DNA of 64,000 nt from an uncultured Candidatus Poseidoniales archaeon (GCA_964342465.1 CAYFFQ010000004.1:95077-159076); one strand, 5' to 3'; positions 38,592 through 47,507 are shown, numbered from the stretch's first letter. The notes: generated by a model not told the origin, from the letters alone. Numbers and translations: made by a program.

Positions 38592-39749
38592 ATGATTAAC
38601 TCTTCTGATATCGCCGAAATCCTCAATGATTACGACAGGATGAAGTTGAGAATCGGAATGACGGCCAGCCACTCCGCCCTTGACATCTGCGACGGGGCCA
38701 TCGAAGAGGGTTTTCCAACCGTGGCGTATTGCCAAAAGGGTAGAGAAAAGACTTACTCCGAGTACTTCAAGACTGCTCGGAACCAATCTGGAAGAGTGGT
38801 ACGAGGGATGGTTGATAAAGCGATAATTCTTGAAAGATTCGACGATGTTCTTAATCCTGACTTTCAGCAGGGGATGCGGGAGAGAAACGTCGTCTACATC
38901 CCAAATCGCTCATTCACATCCTATTGTGGAATCCAAGCTATCGAGGATGATTTTCGAGTCCCTATGTTCGGCAGTCGCAACATGCTGAGGATGGAAGAGA
39001 GAACGGAGGAGCAGGATTACTACTGGATATTGGACAGAGCAGGACTGCCATATCCCGAAGCCATTGAGAACCCCGAGGACATCGATTGCCTTGTGATAGT
39101 CAAACTTCACCACGCTGAAAAGAAGTTGGAGAGAGGTTTCTTCACCTGCGCTACTAGGGAGGAGTATGAGGAGAAATCACAGTCACTTCTATCTCAAGGT
39201 GTAATCGACCAAGAGAGTCTTGCTGGAGCACGAATCGAGCGATATGTCATCGGGCCGGTCTTCAATCTCAACTTCTTTTACAGCCCTCTCGCAGAGGATA
39301 TGCCCAAACTAGAACTGCTCGGTGTGGATTGGCGATTTGAATCAAGTCTTGATGGTCATGTCAGACTACCGGCACCACAGCAGATGACGATGCCCTTGCA
39401 TCAACAGATTCCTGAAATGACCGTGGTGGGTCACAATACTGCGACCATTCGTGAGAGTCTTCTCGAGAGCGCCTTCGAACTGGGTGAGAAGTTCATCACC
39501 GCCAGTAAGGAACACTATGACCCTGGTATCGTCGGACCGTTTTGCCTCCAGACCTGTATAGACAAGGACATGAACTACTCCATCTATGATGTTGCACCTC
39601 GTGTGGGCGGGGGCACGAATGTCCATGTCAGTGTCGGCCACCCATACGGAAACGCTACATGGCGAAAGCCGATGAGCAGCGGCCGAAGAATCGCCATGGA
39701 GTTGAGAAAGGCGGTTGAACAGGACCGCCTCGATGAAGTCCTGACCTGA
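38592..39749 (+). CDS. purP: 5-formaminoimidazole-4-carboxamide ribonucleotide (FAICAR) synthetase PurP (ATP-grasp)
   Basis: LRIGMTASHSALDICDGAIEEGFPTVAYCQKGREKTYSEYF matches the PurP N-terminal domain. The C-terminal ATP-grasp half ends with GGTNVHVSVGHPYGNATW. Confidence 0.75.
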   Translation: MINSSDIAEILNDYDRMKLRIGMTASHSALDICDGAIEEGFPTVAYCQKGREKTYSEYFKTARNQSGRVVRGMVDKAIILERFDDVLNPDFQQGMRERNVVYIPNRSFTSYCGIQAIEDDFRVPMFGSRNMLRMEERTEEQDYYWILDRAGLPYPEAIENPEDIDCLVIVKLHHAEKKLERGFFTCATREEYEEKSQSLLSQGVIDQESLAGARIERYVIGPVFNLNFFYSPLAEDMPKLELLGVDWRFESSLDGHVRLPAPQQMTMPLHQQIPEMTVVGHNTATIRESLLESAFELGEKFITASKEHYDPGIVGPFCLQTCIDKDMNYSIYDVAPRVGGGTNVHVSVGHPYGNATWRKPMSSGRRIAMELRKAVEQDRLDEVLT

Positions 39750-39840
39750 GCACCTTCTCGCCGCAGCCTTCATGACGGCCCCTGCACCGAATTGGGTGAC
39801 CCTCGGAAGTGGAGGTAGGAAGAAGTCCTATCCCGTCTTT

Positions 39841-40296
39841 TCATCCAAGCCTGTTCAGACGCTCTGTGCAATCAACCATCATAGCCCTCACCAACCCTAG
39901 ATTAGCCCCCGTTTCCAGTTTCAGGATGAGGAAATGAGAGTCGTCGACCACCCTCGCAGTTATCACGCCTCCAGTGGCCAAAATCGTCGCAGAATCAACC
40001 CCCTCTATGGAAAGTTCCTCCATCAATGATTCTCCTCTGCCGATGAGTGAAGGTAGAAGGGATGCTTCTCCCTCAACATATTTGGGTGACCCACCCACGA
40101 TTTCTTCCATGAACCCCTCGCTCGTGGAAAGGGCTACCCACTCGACCCCTTCGACCTGCAACAGTTCGCTGAGGATGGCCCGCTTCACAGAATGATGCGA
40201 GGAAATGAGGTCAATAAACACAATCCCCAAGGGCCACCCAGACATCGTGCTTGCCGTAAGTAGTAATGAGGCACAATACTCAAAGCCGTTAGGCAT
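39841..40296 (-). CDS. Roadblock/LC7 (MglB-like) domain protein
   Basis: LLQVEGVEWVALSTSEGFMEEIVGG...ESLMEELSIEGVDSATILATGGVITARVVDDSHFLILKLETGANLGLVRAMMVDCTERL follows the Roadblock/LC7 consensus, including the ...ANLGLVR... motif. The true start may be the internal MSGW (40245). Confidence 0.6.
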   Translation of the reverse strand: MPNGFEYCASLLLTASTMSGWPLGIVFIDLISSHHSVKRAILSELLQVEGVEWVALSTSEGFMEEIVGGSPKYVEGEASLLPSLIGRGESLMEELSIEGVDSATILATGGVITARVVDDSHFLILKLETGANLGLVRAMMVDCTERLNRLG

Positions 40297-40305
40297 GAAA
40301 ATGGC

Positions 40306-41535
40306 TCAATCATCTCGCTTCTTGTAGGCGCGAGCAGTCCCTCGCCTGACATTGATTCTCAGATTCACACTCCTACGACCCTTCCTTTTCTTCGTCTTCT
40401 TCTCAGGGGTGTCTGCGGCATCCGGCTGATTGAGATGTTCGAGTCCACCAGAATCAAGGATTCTTGAAAGGTCGTCAAGCGTTAGCGCACCGCCGGTGGC
40501 AGCGTGTTTGCGTAATGTAGAGATGCGGATGCGAACTTTCCGCCCTCGTTTCTCATCACCTCTCCTGATGTTCAGGTATGCCTCAAGGCGACCGATCTCT
40601 CGCTTGTGATTCCGCCGCCGTTTGTGTTGTCTGTCCATCGTGGATGCCAATTTAGCAATGCTGTCATTCAGTTTTTCAACTTCCTTGAAATTGATGTCTA
40701 CACCCTCAAGTCGAGTAGATTTTGCGGCGGTGGTCTCTGCCATGTCCTGTTGTTCATCCTTTAGTTCATCCAACTTCTTCACGATTTCCTTCTGTGAGCG
40801 ATAGAGTTCAACCAATGTCTTGTGCAATTGTTCAGATTGTTTCTTCAATTTGTGCATTTCAATTAGTTCAAAGAAGAAAGAAAACCGCTGGATTTCAATC
40901 GGAAGGTGAGGTGCTGAAGTCGGCGGGTCTGGAACCTGAGTCAACTCATGGTAGGTTTTTCGCATCCTCTCTTCAATGACGAAAAGTGGTGGGGAAATCC
41001 GCTCGTTGATGCTGTCCCTTTCCCTCTTTATAGAGCCAATTTGGGAAGAACGTTCTCTCATCTCCCTGAACAGTTTTGTGCGTTCCTTGGACATGCCATG
41101 TGTCATGTTGAGGGCATTCCTCAACGCTTGGACTGTGGAAATCTGATTGCTCCTCTCCTGTTTGTTTGATTCTATCTGACTATCTAGCGCCCGCAGGTCA
41201 GATTTGTGTTCCTTGAGCATCTCTTCGATTTTGTGACTCTCTAATTCTCTGATGTCCGCGAACAGGTCTGCTTTGGACGAATCACGCCCCTGCTGAGGAT
41301 GTGAACCACCATCTCGCCGTTGGCGACCGCCGCCACCACTGCCGCGGCCACCACTCTGCCCACGGCCTCCGCCTCGCTGTTGGCGACCGCCGCGACCACT
41401 GCCGCGGCCACCACTCTGCCCACGGCCTCGACCGCCGCCACCACTCTGCCCACGGCCTCCGCCTCGCTGTTGGCGACCGCCGCCACCGTGACGGCGCCCG
41501 CCTCTCTCGGCCGGTGAATCGGAATCGTCACTCAT
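40306..41535 (-). CDS. Coiled-coil protein (COG1340-like), paralogue 2, with N-terminal RGG/GAR-like repeat region and basic C-terminal tail
   Basis: aa ~10-77 read GGRRHGGGGRQQRGGGRGQSGGGGRGRGQSGGRGSGRGGRQQRGGGRGQSGGRGSGGGGRQRRDGG, followed by ~300 aa of coiled coil. C-terminal GGALTLDDLSRILDSGGL motif and a KKTKKRKGRR tail. The start overlaps the upstream gene stop (41532-41535). Confidence 0.65.
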   Translation of the reverse strand: MSDDSDSPAERGGRRHGGGGRQQRGGGRGQSGGGGRGRGQSGGRGSGRGGRQQRGGGRGQSGGRGSGGGGRQRRDGGSHPQQGRDSSKADLFADIRELESHKIEEMLKEHKSDLRALDSQIESNKQERSNQISTVQALRNALNMTHGMSKERTKLFREMRERSSQIGSIKRERDSINERISPPLFVIEERMRKTYHELTQVPDPPTSAPHLPIEIQRFSFFFELIEMHKLKKQSEQLHKTLVELYRSQKEIVKKLDELKDEQQDMAETTAAKSTRLEGVDINFKEVEKLNDSIAKLASTMDRQHKRRRNHKREIGRLEAYLNIRRGDEKRGRKVRIRISTLRKHAATGGALTLDDLSRILDSGGLEHLNQPDAADTPEKKTKKRKGRRSVNLRINVRRGTARAYKKRDD

Positions 41536-42350
41536 TCCTTCACCTCGGTGTCATCGTCATCTTGCGCCTTGCGCGACATGCTCGATGGTCCGCCGTCTGC
41601 GACTACCCTAGCTGCGGCAAGCAGGTCTCCTGTGCCATCCTTCAGGTCATCGAATCCATTTTCAATGCGATGATTCCAATACTTCAGTATGTTGTCAGAT
41701 ACCTCGAGGAGTGACCGCGCTTTGTTGTATTGGCCCTTGACAACTCTACGCACCTCTTTGTGGTCCTGATATTTCTGGTCCTGACTCTCACTCTCAGTTG
41801 CCAGTTTAATCAAATCGCCATGATGTCTGTCCGCTTCATCAAGCAGTTGCCGATGCTTCGCCCACCCCTCCCGATACTCCTTCAGTTGAGGGTCGTTGTC
41901 CAACCGGTTTGCCACCCATTCCTCATGTTTGCGGGTGAGTTGTTTCATCTCACGAAGCAATTTTCTCTCTTGGTTCAAAGAGTGTGCAGAGGTTTGGATT
42001 CTCGATTCAACATCTGAAATCTTGTTGGCAAGTTTCTCCTTGGCCCAGGCGGGGTTGGGATTCTTCAGGCGTCCTTCGGATATGAGGGTCTCGCGCAGGG
42101 CCGTGAGGCGAGTTCTCAACTCTCGCGCTTCAGTCTGCAAGGCATCCCTCAACTTCTTCAATTCAGCGACTTCCGCAGTCGCTCTGTTGCGAGAAGCGAG
42201 TTCCTGTTCGACTAGAGGTTCAACCGTATCCAATTCGCTTTTTCGCTCTCGGATAATCTCAGGCAGTACCGCATTCAGGTCATGTCTTCTCTCAATTATC
42301 GCTCTCGCGAGAGTCTCCGGCGTCATGACCAGCAGTTTGTCGACTTTCAT
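41532..42350 (-). CDS. Coiled-coil protein (COG1340-like), paralogue 3
   Basis: 272 aa, heptad-rich (ELKKLRDALQTEARELRTRLTALRETL...). Has a central KISDVESRIQTSAHSLNQERKLLREMKQL block. Translationally coupled to paralogue 2. Confidence 0.6.
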   Translation of the reverse strand: MKVDKLLVMTPETLARAIIERRHDLNAVLPEIIRERKSELDTVEPLVEQELASRNRATAEVAELKKLRDALQTEARELRTRLTALRETLISEGRLKNPNPAWAKEKLANKISDVESRIQTSAHSLNQERKLLREMKQLTRKHEEWVANRLDNDPQLKEYREGWAKHRQLLDEADRHHGDLIKLATESESQDQKYQDHKEVRRVVKGQYNKARSLLEVSDNILKYWNHRIENGFDDLKDGTGDLLAAARVVADGGPSSMSRKAQDDDDTEVKE

Positions 42351-42447
42351 GGGTGTTATTGTCCACCAGCCGACTACTCATAAAGCCTGCCTCAAGACAG
42401 TGATTCAACAGTAAAGGTCATTCAACCAATGTGGCTGAGGTGAAGTC

Positions 42448-45168
42448 ATGCGAGGCGGTAGGCGACCATCCCACCCCTCCCTCCACAACCAAGGTATTGG
42501 GATATTCATTCCATTCACCATCCTTTGCATGACCCTTCTCTCGCCACTGGTTAGCCTAGCTGAGGCGTCTGGCGGGGGATTGCTCTTTGATTCTTCGACT
42601 CTCAGCATCCAAGGAAACATGGGTGTTGGTGCTGGCGATGTGAATATCTCAGTCGAGGTAAAATCACACGACATCGGTACGAATGGAAGCATCAATATCT
42701 CTCTGATTGCGGGCGAGAGCGAAGTTGTATCATTCCAGAACAGTAGTCTGAACATGACATTCAACGAGATTTCCGTAATTCACTTCAACATCACTTCACT
42801 CCCAGTGGGCCAATACACCCTCACTGTGCTGTTGTTCGGGGATGTGGGGATTCCGTTTGGCAACAATATGAGTCAGTTGAATCAATTTGTCAAGAGGCTA
42901 GCGCCAGCGGACCCGACACTCCTCGCTTCTTCAACTTGGTCAGCGACTCCAGTGGATGGCGAATCTGCAGAGGCTAGCGGAAATGCTACTTTCAGGGATG
43001 GAGATGCGGGTTGGCTCTTGGTTCCGGTGGAAAACCGCGGCGAGGTGAATTGGTCCGGTCAGATTTCCCTCTCGGTTGATAGCGGCCAACCGATGGGACT
43101 GAACATCACTGTTTCAGCCCTGGCAACATCACAAGCCAATTTCTCCCTTCCACAATTAACGGAATCCACCGCTGTCTCTCTTGAAGTCAATCTCTCTGGA
43201 CAGGTCGCCACACTCAACATCTCTGTAGGGCCACCTCCTCTCCCCACTCTCGTGTTGAGCGGTGACGCCGACTTCTCCTCCCCCTCTCTCGGCGATGAAG
43301 TGAATTGGACCATGAACATCTCAAACAGTGGTGAGAAAGATTGGGACGGCTCTCTTGTCTGCACATTTTCAGGCTCACAAATCGCAGATGAACAGTTCTT
43401 GGTGGGGGTTGGGCAGACACTATCGCATTCCTTCACCCTATCAGTCCGGCCCGGTGAGTTGAGTTGCTGGTTGGCTGCGGGTCAGCGAGTGGCTGCTGAA
43501 TCTCAGTTGTCCCTCAATTATTCCTACGACATGGATGCCGCACACTTTACGCCGGCGAGTTCCATCGGATTGGTGTTTGATGGTGGTGGATTGCATGTTG
43601 GTGACACCTTACATGCATCACTTATCGTCCATAACGGTGGAGATTTGGCTGGAAACGCAAAGTTGGTCATTACAGATTCTGCACAGGTTTCACAAGGAAT
43701 TAGTAGGACATACCAGGTAGGTGAAAGCCTTCAAGTAGAGGCTGAACATCAACTCATCGGTAGCGCTGGAAACAGAACCATACAATGGGCATTGGTGAGT
43801 GAGGATGGATTGGTGGCGGAAAATCTGTCGGGTGAATTGAGCATTGATGTACTCTCACCACAACGATGTGATGTCACAATTTCTAAGGCCGATTGGACGA
43901 ATTCAGGTGGAATCGTTCAAACAGTTGACATCTCACTCTCCGAGGGCGGCCCGAGAGTAGTAAGGGTTCAGTCAGGGATTGTCATATCCGGCGAGAAGAG
44001 CACCGTATTCGATTTCTCGGTGAGCATCCAACCCGGAATCCGCTCTCTCTCTCTGAATCTCGGTCATATTCGAGGGGCTGAGTCGGTATGGGTCAACATC
44101 TCAGAGGATGGTTGGCTAGCGGCGGGAGCCTCAGAATTGAGTGATTCACGCACAATCACGGAACCGACCATCATTCCTTCTGTTGTTCTCGGTGTGGCCA
44201 ACCCGCCTGTTCCGATGAACGGAGAGCCGGTGCGAATCGCCTACACCATCTCCAATGCCGGTAGTGGTACAGCGCAAGTCGGAGTCCTTGTCCTGACCAT
44301 GACTTCCTCAGGAGAAGTTCTTTGGGAAGGTTCAGCACCACTCGTTGAGGCCGACTCCAGTGAGTCGGGGATGATAGAGTTGAGTGAATGGCCTTCTGGA
44401 ACAGTGGTGGATGTTGAACTCGAATGGCGAGTGAACGGTGAGGAAACCGTAGCGATGAAGTCATTCCCATCCAAGAATCAAGACGAAGAAGGGGGGTGGG
44501 ACATCGCTTGGGCCTCTCTTCTCTATGGCGCCGTCGCAGGTATTGTCGTCTCAGCCATCGCTCGATTCGTCTTCGTTTGGAGAGACCAAGACCCAGAGGA
44601 GAAGGCACGGTTCAAGGATGAGAGGAGAGCAGCGAGAGAAGCAGCCAAGAAGAAGGCAGAGGAGCGGATGAATCAGAAACGTGCTTCAACTGAGAAAAGG
44701 GAGGTCGCCTGCCCCGATTGTGAGATGACCCTGCGCGTACCGTCAGATTACTCCGGCCAAGCGAGATGCCCAGCCTGTACGACGGTCTTCGCCGTCGAAG
44801 CGGAGACTGCACCAGAGGCGGTGCAGACAGCGGATTCAAGAGTATCAGCAGGAGATGCGGCGGAAGTTGCGGCCGAGGAAGTCACGGCGCACTCAGATGC
44901 AGAAGAGGATACATCTTCTGCCCCGCAGGGTGAGAGGATGAGACAATCAGAATCTCTTTCCCCTGAGCAGAGCGATGAGAACAAGTCCTATCCCAAGCCG
45001 AGAAAAGAAAGTGCCGGCGACGCAGAGATTCAAAAAAGAGCATTCTCATCGAACGATGAAATACGCTGCCCAGATTGCGGCCAACGGTTAAGAGTGCCCT
45101 ATGAACGGCGACCTATTACAGCAAAATGTGCGAGGTGTGAATGCAAATTCAGCGCAGAGAAGAAATGA
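42448..45168 (+). CDS. Large surface (S-layer-like?) glycoprotein candidate with single TM and cytoplasmic tail carrying two zinc ribbons
   Basis: Signal/anchor (IFIPFTILCMTLLSPLVSLAEA) followed by a ~640 aa ectodomain with at least 18 NxS/T sequons. TM helix (AWASLLYGAVAGIVVSAIARFVFVW), then CPDCEMTLRVP...CPACTTVF and CPDCGQRLRVP...CARCECKF (MJ0042-type zinc-ribbon pattern). Confidence 0.65.
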   Translation: MRGGRRPSHPSLHNQGIGIFIPFTILCMTLLSPLVSLAEASGGGLLFDSSTLSIQGNMGVGAGDVNISVEVKSHDIGTNGSINISLIAGESEVVSFQNSSLNMTFNEISVIHFNITSLPVGQYTLTVLLFGDVGIPFGNNMSQLNQFVKRLAPADPTLLASSTWSATPVDGESAEASGNATFRDGDAGWLLVPVENRGEVNWSGQISLSVDSGQPMGLNITVSALATSQANFSLPQLTESTAVSLEVNLSGQVATLNISVGPPPLPTLVLSGDADFSSPSLGDEVNWTMNISNSGEKDWDGSLVCTFSGSQIADEQFLVGVGQTLSHSFTLSVRPGELSCWLAAGQRVAAESQLSLNYSYDMDAAHFTPASSIGLVFDGGGLHVGDTLHASLIVHNGGDLAGNAKLVITDSAQVSQGISRTYQVGESLQVEAEHQLIGSAGNRTIQWALVSEDGLVAENLSGELSIDVLSPQRCDVTISKADWTNSGGIVQTVDISLSEGGPRVVRVQSGIVISGEKSTVFDFSVSIQPGIRSLSLNLGHIRGAESVWVNISEDGWLAAGASELSDSRTITEPTIIPSVVLGVANPPVPMNGEPVRIAYTISNAGSGTAQVGVLVLTMTSSGEVLWEGSAPLVEADSSESGMIELSEWPSGTVVDVELEWRVNGEETVAMKSFPSKNQDEEGGWDIAWASLLYGAVAGIVVSAIARFVFVWRDQDPEEKARFKDERRAAREAAKKKAEERMNQKRASTEKREVACPDCEMTLRVPSDYSGQARCPACTTVFAVEAETAPEAVQTADSRVSAGDAAEVAAEEVTAHSDAEEDTSSAPQGERMRQSESLSPEQSDENKSYPKPRKESAGDAEIQKRAFSSNDEIRCPDCGQRLRVPYERRPITAKCARCECKFSAEKK

Positions 45169-45177
45169 GGTTTTCAG

Positions 45178-45828
45178 ATGACTGGCCCGATAAGAGAAGA
45201 CCAGGAGATGTACCTCAAGATTCTCTACGAGGCTCACAAACGCGACTCTACACGCCCCATCCGCACTTCCGAGGTGGCTGAGGCGATGGGTGTGACGGCG
45301 GCGAGTGCCAGTGAGATGCTCAAACGATTAGGGGTCAAGGGTTTTGTGGACCATGTTCCCTACAAAGGGGTCACCCTCAATGCACAGGGAGTGGTGGCAG
45401 CAAGCCGGGTGAAGAGACGAGAGGCTCTTCTAGAGATTTTCCTTGAGAGGGTACTTCATTTCCAAGGCGATATCAATGATGCTGCGTGCAGGTTGGAACA
45501 CGCCTTGACAGATGACCTTGAATTGGCTATAGACCGTATTCTTGGATTCCCTGACCAGGCGCTTGACGGTTCCCCCTTCCCCCCTCGCACCCACAATGCA
45601 TCTAGCCGAAGTGGGATTCGCTTGATGGCATTGGAAATGCTTCCCGAGGGGACTGTCGGCATTGTGGAACTGATAGCCCTCGATGGGGCCGGTCGTGATT
45701 CACTCTCCCAACTTGGGTTAGAGGTTGGTGCGAGGATTCTACGAACGGCTGATGGGTTGTTGATAGATGGGAGTCACCATCTCGTCTCGCAATCACTTCT
45801 CGAACATATCCTAGTTCAGCCCCAGTGA
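45178..45828 (+). CDS. DtxR/MntR-family metal-dependent transcriptional repressor with C-terminal FeoA/SH3-like domain
   Basis: EMYLKILYEAH...IRTSEVAEAMGVTAASASEMLKRLGVKGFV (wHTH), a RREALLEIFLERVL dimerisation helix, and C-terminal LPEGTVGIVELIA. Confidence 0.8.
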   Translation: MTGPIREDQEMYLKILYEAHKRDSTRPIRTSEVAEAMGVTAASASEMLKRLGVKGFVDHVPYKGVTLNAQGVVAASRVKRREALLEIFLERVLHFQGDINDAACRLEHALTDDLELAIDRILGFPDQALDGSPFPPRTHNASSRSGIRLMALEMLPEGTVGIVELIALDGAGRDSLSQLGLEVGARILRTADGLLIDGSHHLVSQSLLEHILVQPQ

Positions 45829-45868
45829 GGGGGTGTGGGTCGGTTGTCGGCCATCAGAGCGACCATAC

Positions 45869-45985
45869 TCGCAAGCAATCTTGGCGAATGGAAACCGAGT
45901 TCGCCAGCAATCTTGTCGACGGGAAACTGAGTTCGCCAGCAATCTTGTCGACGGGAAACCGAGTTCGCCAGCAATCTTGTCGACG
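45869..45985. repeat. Tandem repeat, 32 bp unit x ~3.7
   Basis: TCGCCAGCAATCTTGTCGACGGGAAACCGAGT at 45901 and 45933, a diverged copy at 45869 and a truncated copy at 45965. Each unit contains a SalI-like GTCGAC palindrome. Confidence 0.9.
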
Positions 45986-46039
45986 ACTGCGAAATGCGGT
46001 GATAGGACCGTGAGTGACGGACTCACTCGTCTCAATACC

Positions 46040-46305
46040 GATTGTTTGCGGCCAGTGAGGTGGAGTGCGTTATTCTTGCAGCGGACGACAGCGAGGGTGC
46101 GATTGTTTGTGGCCTCAGAGGTGGAGTGCGTTATTCTTGCAGCGGAAGACAGCGAGGGTGCGATTGTTTGTGTCCTCAGAGGTGGAGTGCGTAATTCTTA
46201 CAGCGGACGACAGCGAGGGTGCGATTGTTTGCGGCCTCAGAGGTGGAGTGCGTAATTCTTACAGCGGACGACAGCGAGGGTGCGATGGTTCACCCGCAGT
46301 GAGGT
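46040..46305. repeat. Tandem repeat, 61 bp unit x ~4.3
   Basis: GATTGTTTGCGGCC(A/T)(G/C)(T/A)GAGGTGGAGTGCGT(T/A)ATTCTT(G/A)CAGCGGACGACAGCGAGGGTGC starts at 46040, 46101, 46162 and 46223, with a degenerate copy at 46284. Ends ~50 nt before the paralogue-4 start. Confidence 0.9.
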
Positions 46306-46354
46306 GCAATTCCATAAGTCGCCTTGATATGGGGGGGGTGGCTCGGCGTGTGCG

Positions 46355-47368
46355 ATGGCAACGGTGGATGAGCAGCGAGACCCAGTTGCGGAGGCGGTGA
46401 GAGAGCGACTTTCGTCGATGGAAGCGAAGATGCGGAAATTGAGCGACCAACGCAGAGCCCACAACGATTCTGCTCGTGCCAACGCCGATAAGCGCAACGC
46501 GATTCAAGCGCAGTACAACGAACTGAAGGATGTCATCAAAGAGATACTGGAGTCTCAGAAAGAGGTCCGTCTTAGGGCGAAAGTGCACCAAGCGCGAAGA
46601 GATGCCATTCAGGAGCAATTGCGCGGCATGTTCGCGAGGTCAAAGGAAGCAAAGGGAAACCGCAAGAAGTCGGTGGTTTTGCAACTTTCTGAAAACCGAG
46701 CCGAAGTAGAAAGGCTGGAAAACAGATTGGAGCGTGATGGAAATGTCTCCCTCGATGCAGAGAAGGGAATTCACCGCCGCCTCAAGACTCTAAGGTCTGA
46801 GATAGCGGTTCTTGAACCTCAAGTGGAGGAAGAGGTCAGAATCAAAATTGACCTTGATGACATGGAGGGCTCGATTGAACTTCTGAGGGTCGAGGCTGAT
46901 GCAGAACATAAACTGATGGTGGAAGCACACGCTGAAGCGGACAAAATCTGGGAAGAAATCAAACCCAAGTTCGATGAGAGGGATTTTCTTAAGGCGGAGG
47001 GGGACAGGCTTCACAACCTCTTCGTTAAACACAGAGAAGAGGCCAATTCCGTCCATCAACAGATTCAGGAGTTGGCCGACCAAGTGACCGAGGCTCGCAA
47101 CGAACTGCAGGCGATGAGAGAGGAGAGAGAATCGTGGATAGTTGAACACAACAAGTCGGTTGAGGAATCCACTTCTACACCTAAGGATGATGAAGAACTC
47201 GCAGAAAATCTGGTCCATGGACTTCTCGGGTCAGGTAGTCTATCGCTGGGGGGGTCTACTCTTTCCTCAAATACTGTCCGTGCCACCAAGAAAAAGCGGC
47301 GCAGAACCCAATACAAACCGACTGGTCCTCGCCGTGGTGGCAGAGCGGCGAGAGAGAATAACGAATAG
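46355..47368 (+). CDS. Coiled-coil protein (COG1340-like), paralogue 4, basic C-terminal tail
   Basis: 337 aa. LSENRAEVERLENRLERDGNVSLDAEKGIHRRLKTLRSEI central block, long heptad regions, C-terminal LLGSGSLSLGG motif and a KKKRRRTQYKPTGPRRGGR tail. Confidence 0.65.
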   Translation: MATVDEQRDPVAEAVRERLSSMEAKMRKLSDQRRAHNDSARANADKRNAIQAQYNELKDVIKEILESQKEVRLRAKVHQARRDAIQEQLRGMFARSKEAKGNRKKSVVLQLSENRAEVERLENRLERDGNVSLDAEKGIHRRLKTLRSEIAVLEPQVEEEVRIKIDLDDMEGSIELLRVEADAEHKLMVEAHAEADKIWEEIKPKFDERDFLKAEGDRLHNLFVKHREEANSVHQQIQELADQVTEARNELQAMREERESWIVEHNKSVEESTSTPKDDEELAENLVHGLLGSGSLSLGGSTLSSNTVRATKKKRRRTQYKPTGPRRGGRAARENNE

Positions 47369-47507
47369 AACCGCTCCTCCCTCGGCTGGTAGTGCGGAGG
47401 TGACGAGGCTGTGGCACACATTCGCCCGAGGCATCTATCCCTCCGCAGCAGTTTGAAGGCCGCCCATCGCCCTGTTGCCTAGTCATCATCGGTTGCACAG
47501 AACCCTC

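Noticed and set aside
45833-46400. ORFs 45833-46255 (140 aa) and 46065-46400 (111 aa) encoding repetitive peptides.
   Set aside because: They are simply translations of the 32 bp and 61 bp tandem arrays. The 61 and 32 bp periods are not multiples of three, so no consistent peptide repeat is encoded.
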